A stretch of DNA of 64,000 nt from Octopus vulgaris (Eukaryota): the NCBI GenBank assembly GCA_951406725.2, contig OX597835.1:19530001-19594000 (forward strand), in the 5' to 3' direction. Position numbers and translations under genes: made by a program. Below are positions 13,057 to 25,710 of the stretch, piece by piece. Numbering within the stretch: the stretch's first letter is position 1; every line of letters starts with the position of its first letter. Under the pieces are notes generated by a model. That model ran no database searches and had not been told where the DNA came from. It saw only the letters and a list, made by a program, of their open reading frames with translations.

Positions 13057-13532
13057 TCTGTTGCTGTTGAAACATTTTGTTGTTGTTGAGATTAATAAAA
13101 AAACACACAAATAATATTTAATACCGAACTACAAGGTCACAACAACAAATGTCATAATTATTTTCGGAATTAAAAATCAAAGAAATATTTGGAAAAAATG
13201 AACAAGGTCGAGTTTCACTTAATTTTAATGTCATTTTACTATAATCAAATTAATTCATATTTTCTAATATTTATTATTAATATTATCATAATGTTTATCA
13301 CTATACTTTATGATATTATTATTTTTTTCTAGCTTTTGTTTTTCGTATTACGAAATTTTCAACTTTTTTTTTATATTTCGTGCAGCTTTGGAGGAGAAGG
13401 AATAATCATTTGCTCATAATAAACGGTTGTTCTTGTTGGCATTCTCTTATCTCAGTAACCGATGTTTGGTTGGTTACGACGACAAAGTTTCCAGTTGAAA
13501 CATTCAACGGTAAAGCCAGCTCGTGAAATACT

Positions 13533-13910
13533 TTTCTGCTCTAGGCACAAGGCCCGAATTGTTTGGGAAAGGAGCCAGTCCATTGGATCGACCCCAGTAC
13601 GCAACTGGCACTTAATTTATTGATCCCCGCAAAGGATCAAAAGGCAAAGTCGACCTCGGTGAAATTTGATCTCAGAACGTAAAGACAGACGAAATACCCA
13701 TATGCATTTCGCCCAGCGTGCTAACGTGTCTTATTTCTTTACTGCCCGCAAGGGGGCTACAAACAGAGGGGGAAAACAAGGACAGATAAACGGATTAAGT
13801 CGATTATATCGACTCCAGTGCATAAGTGGTACTTATTTAATCGACCGCGAACGGATGAAAGGCAAAGTCGACGGAATTTGAACTCAGAATGTAGCGGCAG
13901 ACGACATACC
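13533..13910 (-). mobile_element. SINE family A, multimeric, minus strand
   Basis: Two aaaggcaaagtcgac cores plus the ctaggcacaaggcccgaa tail. Confidence 0.8.
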
Positions 13911-13936
13911 CTAATATTATTATTATATACATGTAT

Positions 13937-14350
13937 ACTCTTTTACTCTTTTACTCTTTTACTTGTTTCAGTCATTTGATTGCGGCCATGCTGGAGCACC
14001 GCCTGTAATCGAGGAACTCGACCCCGGGACTTATTCTTTGTAAGCCCAGTACTTATTCTATCGGTGTCTTTTTGCCGAACCGCTAAGTAACGGGGACATA
14101 AACACACCAGCATCGGTTGTCAAGCAATGCTAGGGGACAAACACAGACACACAAGGACACACACGCATATATATATATACATATATACGACGGGCTTCTT
14201 TCAGTTTCCGTCTACCAAATCCACTCACAAGGCTTTGGTCGGCCCGAGGTTATAGTAGAAGACACTTGTCCAAGGTGCCACGCAGTGGGACTGAACCCGG
14301 AACCATGTGGTTGATAGACAAGCTACTTACCACACAGCCACTATTGCGCC
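13937..14350 (-). mobile_element. SINE family B, full length
   Basis: Reverse complement of 1572-1990 with a (ctctttta)n tail. Confidence 0.9.
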
Positions 14351-14694
14351 TATATGTATATATATACATATATTTCCCCCTTTTTATGCAGAAATACATA
14401 TATTTCCTCTTTCTTTCACTGCTTTCATCAACTTCAAGTTTAGTTAGACAAACGAATCAGCTCTACAATTTTACCCTCTCGTACTTATTCTACCCATATC
14501 GGTTGTCGAACAGCCAAGTTACAGGGAAATGCACAAACCAGTACCCGCGGTCTCGTGATGTTATGTAAGACACATATACAAAGACAAACACACACTTTTC
14601 TATCCCTTTCTGTTTGTCTCACATACACTCACACATACATATATACAGACATACGTACACACATATATACATACATACATACATACATACATAA

Positions 14695-14815
14695 CACGGG
14701 CTTCTTTTATTTTCAATCTACCAATTCCACTCTCAAGGCTTAGACAAGTCAGGGTTTTAGTAGAAAATACTTGCCCAAGATGCCACACAGTAGGACTGAA
14801 CGCAGAACCATGTGT
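14695..14815 (-). mobile_element. SINE family B, 5' fragment
   Basis: acttgcccaagatgccacacagtaggactgaac. Confidence 0.65.
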
Positions 14816-14870
14816 ACGCGTAGTGTCGATTGCAAAGGCTGATGTACTTGCGTGTACAAATGCACATTCC

Positions 14871-15045
14871 CACGGATTTATCGATCGCATTCTCACCTGG
14901 AATCGATTTTTGAAATTTTTTGAAGACTTGTACACGCCCTGATACTGTCGGAAACTACATATCAAATTTGAGCGCAATCGGATGGAGGATGCTCGAGATC
15001 CTAGAAGACACATACACAGACAAACAGAACGGATTTTATATATAC
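14871..15045 (-). mobile_element. Helitron 5' fragment (same family as 24200-24742)
   Basis: Reverse complement matches catccgattgcgctcaaatttgatatg and tcgattccaggtg..aatgcgatcgataaa at 24261-24360. Confidence 0.7.
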
Positions 15046-15102
<57 letters not shown>

Positions 15103-15113
15103 TGTGAAGTATA

Positions 15114-15629
15114 CTGGGTGATTGAAAAGTAATCCCCTGTTTTAAAATACTTAGATTATTTATTAATTGTAAGTTTTACAAAAAATGGATATGCGAGGAA
15201 TGCTTTTAGTATGTGGTTTAATTTCAAAATTCGATATCGGCCCCAGATGTTGCCCCCACCTTCTTGAATCGTTCCGGAATTACGTCAACTCATTTCACCA
15301 GAAACTCTGACGGAATGGAGGACATTAATTTGCGTATTCGCCCTTCGAGTTCTGCCAAAGTCTTTGATTTGGTACAGTAGAGTGGTTCCTTTAACCAAAA
15401 AGCAAAGAAAGGAATCGCAGGATGTTATGTCGGGACGACCACATTGACCCATCTATCTTCTGGAGAAGTGGGCATTCAACTATTCACGAACGACGAAAGC
15501 AATACCTTTAAAGATTATTTCACCATACTACAAAAAAAAAAAAACCCACATAAATAAATTGAGGCAAAAATTACAATTAATAAATAATTTATAAATATTT
15601 AAATTAGGAGTTACTTTTCAATCACCCTG
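15114..15629 (-). mobile_element. Internally deleted Tc1/mariner-superfamily element with long TIRs
   Basis: TIR c(t/a)gggtgattgaaaagtaa at both ends, TA at the left; minus-strand remnants VRE*LNAHF, PDITSCD and TKSKTLAELEGRIRKLMSSIPSEFLVK. Confidence 0.8.
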
Positions 15630-16066
15630 TCGGTCATGCTATTTCTGTGTATGTTCGTTTACAATTACATGCATATATATATATATATATACATATGCGT
15701 GTATGCAAGCATCAATCACATGTATGTCGTTTCCCGGTACAATAATCTTATGCGCTGTAGGATCTTGATAACTAACACCACGTGTGATTCTATTGACTAA
15801 CGTGGTGTAGGGAAAGTTAGACAGGGGAGGGTTCTCTGATGGTGGGGACATATGAATTGCAGTCTTTAATTGTGCTTAAATTTAAGTTCTCACAAACGCA
15901 TTTCATGCTGAGATACTTAACCTCAAATATTCAAATATTTATAACATGTGACGCATTTATTGATATTGTCAAACTGTGAGTAATTACGATATAGTAATGG
16001 ACGTAGTCACGTTGCAATTTACCCTGCTAATGCCTCTATATATGATGATGTATAGGACATATAAGA

Positions 16067-16162
<96 letters not shown>

Positions 16163-16220
16163 AGTGGGAATGTTATTCCAAACTCACAGAGAAAAATTCA
16201 ATTTAGAAATACTAAATCAA

Positions 16221-16295
16221 ATGACCGACAGGGTGATTGAAAAGTAACGCCTAATTTAAATATTTATACTTATTTATTAATTGTAATTTTTGCCT
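16221..16295 (+). mobile_element. Orphan TIR copy of the 15114-15629 element, including its flank
   Basis: atgaccgacagggtgattgaaaagtaacgcctaatttaaatatttat is the near reverse complement of 15562-15637. Confidence 0.8.
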
Positions 16296-16479
16296 TTTCT
16301 GTTTGCAGAATGTGGCACCCCATTATGTTCAGCTACACCAGGCAGGGCTGTCCCCTGTACCTGCGTTTCCCAGGTGTCGGGTTTTGGTCCAAATGCACTT
16401 CAGTAAGGCTTTGAGAGAATCCGTGAATCTCTTTTTCTACTTACCCTGTGTTCGCTTACCTTTTGCCAATTAACTGCAA

Positions 16480-16544
<65 letters not shown>

Positions 16545-16550
<6 letters not shown>

Positions 16551-16735
16551 ATATGTGGAAATCGACAACACCATCTCTTCGAAGAGATGGTGTTGTGGAT
16601 TACCACTTCGGCATCTGAAACTCAGAGTTTTATCTTGACTATTGAGTAAATGTAACATATTATTTTATAGATAAATATCCTCTATTTACATAATATTGAG
16701 GTCTCTTTCTTTCTTTTGTTATCTTACCGTTTTTA

Positions 16736-16739
<4 letters not shown>
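16545..16739 (+). mobile_element. (TA)n-flanked ~195-bp element with a long hairpin and a hammerhead-like 3' half
   Basis: Perfect palindrome acaacaccatctcttcgaagagatggtgttgt followed by GAAA-ctcagag-TT; no CUGANGA upstream. Confidence 0.5.
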
Positions 16740-16793
<54 letters not shown>

Positions 16794-17111
16794 CAGTACT
16801 GGGAGAATAAGAACGGAACGAAGCGAACGAATCGGATCGAACCTACGCGAGGGCGCTGTCAAACAATAGTGTAATAGCGCCTCTGGTTTTCTGTTGTAAA
16901 AAAATGGTTTTTCCGTTTTTGTTTCTCGTTGAGTTCTACGTCTAGTTGTGGTGTCCTGTACTCACGTGGTGTCCTGTTCTACGTCTAGTTGTGGTGTCCT
17001 GTACTCACGTATATATATTTATATATACATGTATATATACATGTAGATGTAGGTACGTACATATATGTTTGTATGTATTCATATATTTTATTTATTACAC
17101 TATATATATAT

Positions 17112-17241
17112 ATAGGGAGAATTCACAAAAATAACAAAATACGAAGGCAGGTGGTGTAGACAACAAACGGATGTATTAGTATAACGCTCGAGAAGTGAAA
17201 ATGTCTTTAACGTTTCGAGCACCTACGCTCTCCACAGAAAG
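17112..17241 (-). mobile_element. Hammerhead mini-element, family X (ribozyme motif 17205-17241)
   Basis: Reverse complement cttt-CTGTGGA-gagc-gtaggt-gctc-GAAA-cgtt-aaag; homologous to the 26391 and 56210 copies. Confidence 0.7.
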
Positions 17242-17257
17242 CTACGTGTGTATGTGT

Positions 17258-17293
<36 letters not shown>

Positions 17294-18435
17294 TAGAGAG
17301 AGAGAGATAGAAAGTGAAAGAGAATGTGTGTATGAGAGTGCCTACGTTTAACCTATATAATAGATACATAAGCAGGGAAATATAATTATTTTTCCATATA
17401 TTGAAGAGATGACTAACAGACTTGATCGACGCACGAACTGCATCGGGTACTCATCATAAATGTGCCTCTCTATCACCTTGGCTAATGACAGATAACTATG
17501 CCTGCTATCTGCTTATAGTCTCAACATGCCCAGTAGCTACAGACAGCTGTAGTTCCCAATCTGTAAGCCGTGTTTTAAAACTTGTTTTACTATCAGCAGC
17601 CTTTCGATGGCAAATTCTGTTCATGCAGCACCAAAGTATAGTACAATATTGAGTTGATATATAAACAGATCAAATGTAACAGTTTCTCCGTAGATTGGTT
17701 ACACGTTATGGTGTTGTGTATATCGTCGTAAGATGTCACTATTCACCTCTGTATTTACGTGTGGATACGCCATTTTGTAACCCAATATTTGTGTGTGTTG
17801 TACTGATGAAAACATTAAAATTTTTGTGGACGTTTTGCACCGACTAATTTTAAAAACAAAAGAAAGTGTTGAGTGAACCAGAAGTGCATGAGAATACCTT
17901 TGCAAGGAGAATATATGCACAGTGTTGGAAAAGGATGATGGGAGAAATGAGTTAATCTGTGTGAAGGTAACGTGAAAGCTAGTTGATAAAATATTCGCCA
18001 TTTTCGACCTCTTTTAAATAGTGACATTTGTTTTCTTTTATTTTCTTCATATTTGGATATTTTCTATTTATTTTTCTTTTTTTTTTTTGTCATCGTCTTT
18101 CATACATGGTTATATGTCCTTTGATGTCTTTTCTTTCGATCGTTCAATGAACCGATACAAGATAATAATAATAACGATTTCTTCGTGTTTCGTCGAGTAT
18201 GAAAACTGTATGTTGGCCTACGAGAATTCTGATTAATTTATTAAGATTGCTTCTGTTATGCATTAAAAGAAATAAATAAAGAAATAAAGAACTACGTAAA
18301 CAAAACTAACAAATTTTTGGTTTTGTGTAGGTTTTATGAGATTCTGCTATGCAAATAAGAAATATGTATATATATATATATATATATAAATACACACACA
18401 CACACACACATATATATATATGTATATATATATAA

Positions 18436-18497
<62 letters not shown>

Positions 18498-18837
18498 GCA
18501 TGTATATATATATATATGCGTGTGTGTGTGTTTGTGTATGTGCTTTTAAATACATATATATGCGCATGTGTGTATGAATGTCTGTATGTGTGTATATGGG
18601 TGTATATGAAATGAGAAAAAATTACTTTAAATCGCTGACTATTAGAAGATTTTCAGTTTAATTAGTGTGTAGTAGGAGAAGAAACACAAATTCGGAGAAA
18701 AATATCAAAGGTGCTAAGAAAACAAAACAAACTGATTTCGTTTCATAATTCTTCATACAATGGCAACATTAATGTCGCCAGCACCACTACAACCACCACC
18801 ACCGCTACCATCCCACTTCCTTTTCATTATCAAAATC

Positions 18838-18854
18838 ATAATAATAATAATAAC

Positions 18855-18950
<96 letters not shown>

Positions 18951-18978
18951 AAGAAGAAGACAAATAATAATAATAATG

Positions 18979-19019
<41 letters not shown>

Positions 19020-19045
19020 TATAATAATAATAATACTAATAATAA
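18838..19045. repeat. (TAA)n-(GAA)n-(TAA)n microsatellite
   Basis: Directly visible. Confidence 0.95.
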
Positions 19046-19242
19046 TGAAGAAAATTCTAAATGGGCCCCACCTGCAAGGTCATGTGCTGTTTATCTTGAT
19101 ATAAGATCACCATGTCACGCACATATGGTTGTGATGCATGTGCCTGGTGTACCCTTATCAGACGGGTAGTCATGATGAGTATATTGGGTTTCGTATATAT
19201 TACCCCAGTGTCACTTTGATGGCATGCACTGCTCTCTCACTC
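19046..19242 (+). mobile_element. Truncated copy of the TAA-embedded element (cf. 11860-12374)
   Basis: Aligns by eye with 12177-12374 and shares the same right end. Confidence 0.75.
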
Positions 19243-19281
<39 letters not shown>

Positions 19282-19298
19282 TATTATTATTATTATTA

Positions 19299-19374
<76 letters not shown>

Positions 19375-19470
19375 CGTCTATTTTACTAACGGAGTTGTTT
19401 TCGTTATGATCAATTATCGTCATCATCATCATCATTAACACAATTGGCGTCGACATCATCAATAACAAAT

Positions 19471-19892
19471 TTTATATTGCCAGTGCAAGATCAAAGCTTG
19501 CTTACCAAAAACTACCCGGTTAACGTTCTTCAAAACAGTTATGACCCTAAATGCAGATTCAAATGCGACACATTTGATGAAACAATTGACAATTTCTCTC
19601 GGGATGTCCTGTGCCGAAACGAAACGAAAATGAAAAAATCACCACAATAATGTAGGACGGTATTTCTCTTACAAAATATATAAAAACACTACCAAATCAG
19701 CACTCCTGCTTACTGGTATGGACATCGTCCTGAGCCAGTCATTGAAGGTAAAAATATCACTATCCTCTGGGATTTTCTAGTCAACACCGACAGAACGATC
19801 CAGGCTAATCGACCAGACATAGTCATTAAAGGCTGGGAAGAAAATACTTGTAGACTAATACATGTAGGCGTTCCCACTGATAAAAATGTATT
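19471..19892 (+). mobile_element. R4/Dong-clade non-LTR retrotransposon remnant (zinc knuckle + restriction-like endonuclease), part 1
   Basis: FILPVQDQSLLTKNY..DPKCRFKC..ETID, WYGHRPEPVIEGKNITILWDFLVNTDRTIQANRPDIVIK..CRLIHVGVPTDKNV. Confidence 0.85.
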
Positions 19893-20121
19893 CTTTTATT
19901 CTATTATTCCTTGTTGCAGTGATATTGACTGCGGCCATGCTAGAGTACCGCCTATAGTCGAACAAATCTACCCCAGGACATATACTTTGTAAGCCTAGTA
20001 CTTATCGTATCGGGCTCTTTTGCCGGACCAGTAAGTTACGGGAACGTAAATACACCGACATCGGTTGTCAAATGATGGTGGGGGACAAACACAGACACTC
20101 AAATACATATATTCATACATG

Positions 20122-20185
<64 letters not shown>

Positions 20186-20369
20186 ATATATGTGATGTGT
20201 GTTTGAGTGCGTGCGTGTGTGTGTATGTGTGTGCGTGACGGGCTTCTTTCATTTTCCATCTTCCAAATCCGCTTATAAGGTATTGTTTGACCCGAGGCTT
20301 TAGTCGAAGACACTTGCCTGGAACCATGTGGTTGGGAAGCAAGCTTCTTACAGCACAGCCACTCCTGCA
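19893..20369 (-). mobile_element. SINE family B inserted into the R4/Dong remnant
   Basis: gactgcggccatgc...acagccactcctgc; the R4/Dong reading resumes on the other side. Confidence 0.85.
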
Positions 20370-20371
20370 CT

Positions 20372-20552
20372 TATATCTGTAGAACAATTTGACAACTTAA
20401 GTAAATAAATGACCTTTCTTTTGAAACATAAAAGATGTGGAATTTTAAAGCAGGAACATCTTGATAATATCCCAGGAGAACCATATCTCAGAGAAATCCA
20501 AACCCTTGTGCTGACAAGTACTTCCAACATTCTTAGAAGAACCTTATCATGC
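20372..20552 (+). mobile_element. R4/Dong remnant, part 2 (C-terminus)
   Basis: FDNLSK, KMWNFK, QEHLDNIPGEPYLREIQTLVLTSTSNILRRTLS. Confidence 0.8.
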
Positions 20553-20960
20553 TTCCCATAATATTCTATACGGACAAGAAGATAAATGGCAAAACAGACA
20601 CTCAAAATACCTATATATATATATATATATATACATATATACATACACATACACACACATGCAAAATAATGTGATATACTGTTCAATGTTGTTCTTCGTG
20701 TTTTTTGCACATGTGATTAATATGTACGTTTTGCATGTGTGCGTATATGTATGTATATTTTTATATTTTATATGTATATATGTGTTTATGTGTATGTATA
20801 TATATACATATATATATATGTATGTGTATATATGTATAGGTATTTTGTGTATCTCTTTAACCATTTATATTATTGTTCTTATAGGACAGTATGGGAAGCA
20901 TGTCTTTATTATATATCAGTATTATTATTATAATATTATTATAACTTTATAATTATGTAT

Positions 20961-21094
20961 ATCTTCTGACGAGGCCTTTGGTTAGTTAAACAGAAAAATA
21001 TAATCTTTAATGCCTAAGACTATACTATAATGGCATATATGAGCAATTTAAAGTGGATTACCTCTTGACCATAGGCTGAAACAGCTGTAAGGGG
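20961..21094 (+). ncRNA. Type-I hammerhead ribozyme with long stem II insert
   Basis: tctt-CTGACGA-ggcctttggttag(~80 nt)ttgaccataggct-GAAA-cagctg-TA-aggg; palindromic ACAGCTGT; GUA site 21087-21089. Confidence 0.75.
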
Positions 21095-22882
21095 CAGTTT
21101 ATTTGCATTGTTTTTATTGCATTATTAATTTACTTATTGATATATTTTGTTTTGTTCGATTTTCATGTTCTTATTTATATAATTAATAAATAATATGAAA
21201 TTATATCTGTAAGTTGATGATCGAAATGAATTTGTTCCTCCATTTTCTTATTTGTATTATGAATTTACGGTAAAATAGTTTACCTTCACCTATCCAATAC
21301 AATAAATGAATTAATTGCATTGCAATTATAAGCATTTATGTATTTAGTATTTGGGTACATCACCAGCAGTATATTGGATAACTGATATCCCATAGTGGGT
21401 TACACTCATAACCCCTATCTTACTTTGTACTATGTATATATATATATATATGTATAATGTTTGTGTTTGTAATTTGACAGATACGTAGTGAGGAACATTT
21501 TCTCGAGGTTTACTCATTCCTTCCACGTTCTACTCACCCACGCTATATCCACCAGTGAAGGCAACAATTATCTCTTATAACACCATTCGCCATTATCTTG
21601 CTGTTTGCATTTCAATGGAATCCAATTGTTAGTGCAGTCAACTACTTAGAGCTGCTGAACAAAAATAATTAGTTAATTGCATCGAAACAACCTGTCTCGA
21701 TGAGCGAGGGGTGGTCATGCCAATCGTAATTTTCTTTGGTATAAATTTGAAAAACACAATGCAGAAGTTATGTCAATAGGCAGGTGTGGATGTAGGAAAT
21801 ATGGTGTAGAAGTTTGATAATAACGAAACATTTTAGGTAGCTGGAAGTCGTAATATAAGGTTGTGTAGCTGATATTGTTGTCAGGTGACACATATCTTAT
21901 TGTGAAGCTATTTAATTTCATGTGAGAAGTATCTAGCGGGAGCATCTTGAATCCGTTTCTAATATGGATGACAAGATAATGGTTCTTATGTTGATCGGCA
22001 GAATGGTTGCAGAGGGTTTTAGAGCAAAGGATGGAGAAAGCAGCGAGCAGGTGATTATGAAAAGTGCATATATTTGTAATATTTTAGCATATAACTTGGT
22101 AACACTTAGAAGTCAGATGAGCGAGAAGATGGGATAGAGAATGTAAAGACAAGATCTCATACAAAAATTAATGAAAAGATGTTGATTGAAAGAATTAATA
22201 GTGTTGTTAAATGGTAGGTGAAAAGGAACTGGTATTAACGGAAGTACATATGTATGTTTGTGCGTGTGCATGCGTTTGCAGATCTATATTTCATGACAAA
22301 AACGGATATACACACACACACACACACACACATGTATATATGTATTAGCCATTGAAACATTCTTAATGACACGTCTTCGAATTTTTTTTCAAAGTACATA
22401 CGGTAACAAGAGCGCTAAAAGATTTTGATTTTAAATGGAAAATTTACCAGCGTCTAAGACATAATAGCTGAAAATTGAAAAAGAATACAATAATAAAATA
22501 TGCACTTTATTTGTCTATGCACCGTATTTCCTTCCTAGATCTCTCTCTCTCTCTCTCTTAGCACCGAGTATAAGACTCGCTAACACATTGTCAGTTCTTA
22601 CATAAATACACACATTTCATGTATTATATTCCTAATGGCTTTCATATATATTATATCTTGAATCGTGTACGTGATGGCTTTTATAATGAAGATATTGGTG
22701 TCACATCACACGGCTTTAATTAAGTCTATATTATATATCTTGAAGATAAAGAAGATAATTCAATAAACAAAATTTAAACGTTTACCATTCTTATGAGAAA
22801 ATTTCTCATTTATCCAAAGCAATGGCTTCAACGTCGTGTCTAGACCTGGTAGAATCAACGAAACTTTCTTCCGTAAACTTAC

Positions 22883-23125
22883 ACCAAGTAGCGGCAGCAT
22901 CTTAACGATTGAGGTATTTTAGCATTGCCCAGGCTATTGCAACAGATCTTCCCAATACTATGTTATGAGTATAACTGATTCCCATCTCTCCATTTCCTTC
23001 ACTGCATTCCTTCTTCTGATACAACCATGATGTTATAATTACGAGAAGGTGTTTATCTCGAAAAATATAATCACCTGTTCCGAACTTTTTCTTTCATGTC
23101 TTTGGTCCAGTACAGAGCAGACAAC
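22883..23125 (-). other. Candidate host exon (mostly UTR, possible start codon)
   Basis: Reverse complement: acceptor tttttgctgttgtttag|G and donor GGT|gtaagt; ATG at 22900 gives MLPLLG; unique non-repetitive sequence; no homology evidence. Confidence 0.25.
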
Positions 23126-23367
23126 CTAAACAACAGCAAAAATACTAAAAACACAATATAGTTATTTAGTATCTCCCTCTATATATTTTTCTCCTTTTTC
23201 TTCTCTATCCTGTCTTCCTTTCTGTTTTTCTCTAACTTTCTCACCTCGCACCCCTTTTTATATTTCCTCCCCTCCTACATCTTCCTCTCTTTGTAAATAC
23301 CCTTACCCTATTTCAGTCCCTGTCTTAATCTCTCTACAATTATTATGCTCACATTTATTTATTAAAA

Positions 23368-23930
23368 CAGCGAGATTGCGTAGTCGTTAGCACGTCGGGC
23401 GTAATGCTTAGCAGTATTTCGTCTGCCGTTACGTTGTGAGTTCAAATTCCGCCGAAGTCGACTTTGCCTTTCATCATTTCGGGGTCGATTAAATAAGTAC
23501 CAGTTATGCACTGGGGTCGATATAATCGACTTAATCCGTTTGTCTGTTCTTGTTTGTCCCCTCTGTGTTTAGCCCCTTGTGGGTAGTAATGAAATAGGTA
23601 TTTCGCCCGTCGCTTCATTCTAAAATCAAATACCGCCGAATTCGACTTTGCCTTTCATCCTTTCGGGGTCGATTAAATAAGTACCAGTTATGCACTGGTG
23701 TCGATATAATCGACTTAATCCGTTTGTCTGTTCTTGTGTGTCCCCTCTGTGTTTAGCCCCTTGTGGGTAGTAAAGAAATAGGTATTCCGCCCGCCGCTTC
23801 ATTCTAAAATCAAATACCGCCGAGGTCGACTTTGCCTTTCATCCTCTCGGGGTCGATTAATTAAGTACCAGTGAATCAACTATACCCATCCCCCAAATTT
23901 CAGGCCTTGTGTCTTTAGTAGAAAGGATTA
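23368..23930 (+). mobile_element. SINE family A, one head + three tandem core units + terminal tail
   Basis: Core repeats at ~23450, ~23635 and ~23818; ends ccccaaatttcaggccttgtg..agaaaggatt; imperfect TSD attatgc(t/a)cac. Confidence 0.85.
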
Positions 23931-24199
23931 TTATGCACACTTTTGTCTTCCTCCCTAAAACAGGAGCCTCGTGACAATCCAGTTTCAAAAATTAATCTAC
24001 CTTTATGGATTGATTGCCCGCTTCAACATTACGTTTCGTTTTTCTCAGCCGCAATCATAAACTTACATTCATATTTTGTTTTATTTTTATTTTTGTCAGA
24101 CATTTTTCCAAGAACAAAAAAGGAGCACAATGTTCTTTTTTATTTGCATTAATGTCACACATACCTTTTGCTAAGTCTGTCCAATAACCGTACGACTTG

Positions 24200-24742
24200 T
24201 CTATTATATAAAATTCGTTCTATCTGTGTGTGTGTGACGCCTAGTATCTCAGGCATCCCCCATCCGATTGCGCTCAAATTTGATATGTCGATACAAGGGG
24301 TTGTATAAGTCTTGAAAAATTTACAAAAGTCGATTCCAGGTGGGAATGCGATCGATAAAGCCGTTTTTGTCCTGCTTTTTTTCCGTCAACCTGTACATAA
24401 CTACACCTTCCATTTTTTTGTTGGTTTTGTACTGCTTAAAGGCACGTTTATTTCCTGCCAAGCTTATTGTTTAAACTATGTTTGTGTTCTCCTGTGAACA
24501 GCCTTATTATTACTGGTACTTTAAACACATCGGCTGCATATTTGTGTGAATAAAATATTTTTTCTTTGGAAAAGAAAAAAAGTCTATCTTTATTTCTTCT
24601 TTTGCTTGTATCTCAAATTTAGTTCAAATCATTGTTTCTCGACGGGGAGGCCTATGGGAGGTTCGGACAAGTTGTTTTCAGAAAATTTGGTTTAAATGTT
24701 TGACAACTCAGCACCGTCCATTGGACGGGGACGATATGCTCG
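24200..24742 (+). mobile_element. Non-autonomous Helitron
   Basis: 5' TCTATTATATAAAA; 3' hairpin ccgtcca-t-tggacgg (24714-24728), then 10 nt, then CTCG|T (variant of CTAG). Confidence 0.65.
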
Positions 24743-25063
24743 TTATATATAAACATACTCTATCATTTTTCATATGATAAATTTTTCGTTATAGGCTTAC
24801 GCGCTACTGTTGTATGTATATTCTTCCACTCTTCATCACCCTTCATATTTACCGTTCGATGAGGTCACTACGTCTGATTTTTGTACTAGTCTTATTCTGT
24901 TATTCATATTCACTCATTTATATCATTTATAGCAGTATTTTGCTGTTCATGCCACAAATTCGGACAAAACTATCCACAAAACATCGAAATTGTGATAATA
25001 TTTTCCCAATCAAGCTTTATCGGTCTGCAGTCACAAATTTCAGATAGTGACATAGATAGAAAC

Positions 25064-25117
<54 letters not shown>

Positions 25118-25120
<3 letters not shown>

Positions 25121-25414
25121 TTGTGAGTGGATTTGGTAGACGGAAACTGAAAGAAGCCTGTCGTATATATGTATATATATATGTGTGTATGTGTGTGTGT
25201 TTGTGTGTGTGTTTCTCCCCCTAGCATTGCTTGACAACCGATGCTGGTGTGTTTATGTCCCCGTCACTTAGCGGTTCGGCAAAAAGAGACCGATAGAATA
25301 AGTACTGGGCTTACAAAAAATAAGTTCCCGGGGTCGATTTGCTCGACTAAAGGCGGTGCTCCAGCATGGCCGCAGTCAAATGACTGAAACAAGTAAAAGA
25401 GTAAAGAGTAAGAG
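25118..25414 (+). mobile_element. SINE family B, 5'-truncated
   Basis: gccttgtgagtggatttggtagacgg...gaaacaagtaaaagagta. Confidence 0.9.
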
Positions 25415-25710
25415 TATATATATATATACACACATATATATATATATACACACACAAATACACACTTTTAAACAAATACGTTTATGTATATATATATATG
25501 TGTGTGCGTGTGCAGATATAGATAGACAGACGGATATATATATATATATTTATATATATATATATATATATATATCTACGGTCGGTAGGAGTTAGAATGT
25601 GACTGAACAATTGAAAAATATACATTCACATGTCTTGTATATATGTTTGATTTATGTATAGATGTATAGACATATGCGCTTGTGCTGAAGAATTTTATGT
25701 AAATATATTG

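Noticed and set aside
16320-16365. TRQGCPL, resembling an L1/Tx1 RT motif
   Set aside because: Seven residues with no supporting flanking homology.
21700-22080. Possible decayed Penelope RT N-terminal region on the minus strand
   Set aside because: Only vague resemblance by eye; needs tBLASTn or HMM support.
23450-23870. Regularly spaced direct repeats superficially like a CRISPR array
   Set aside because: The spacers are also repeated; these are tandem SINE units in eukaryotic DNA with no cas genes.
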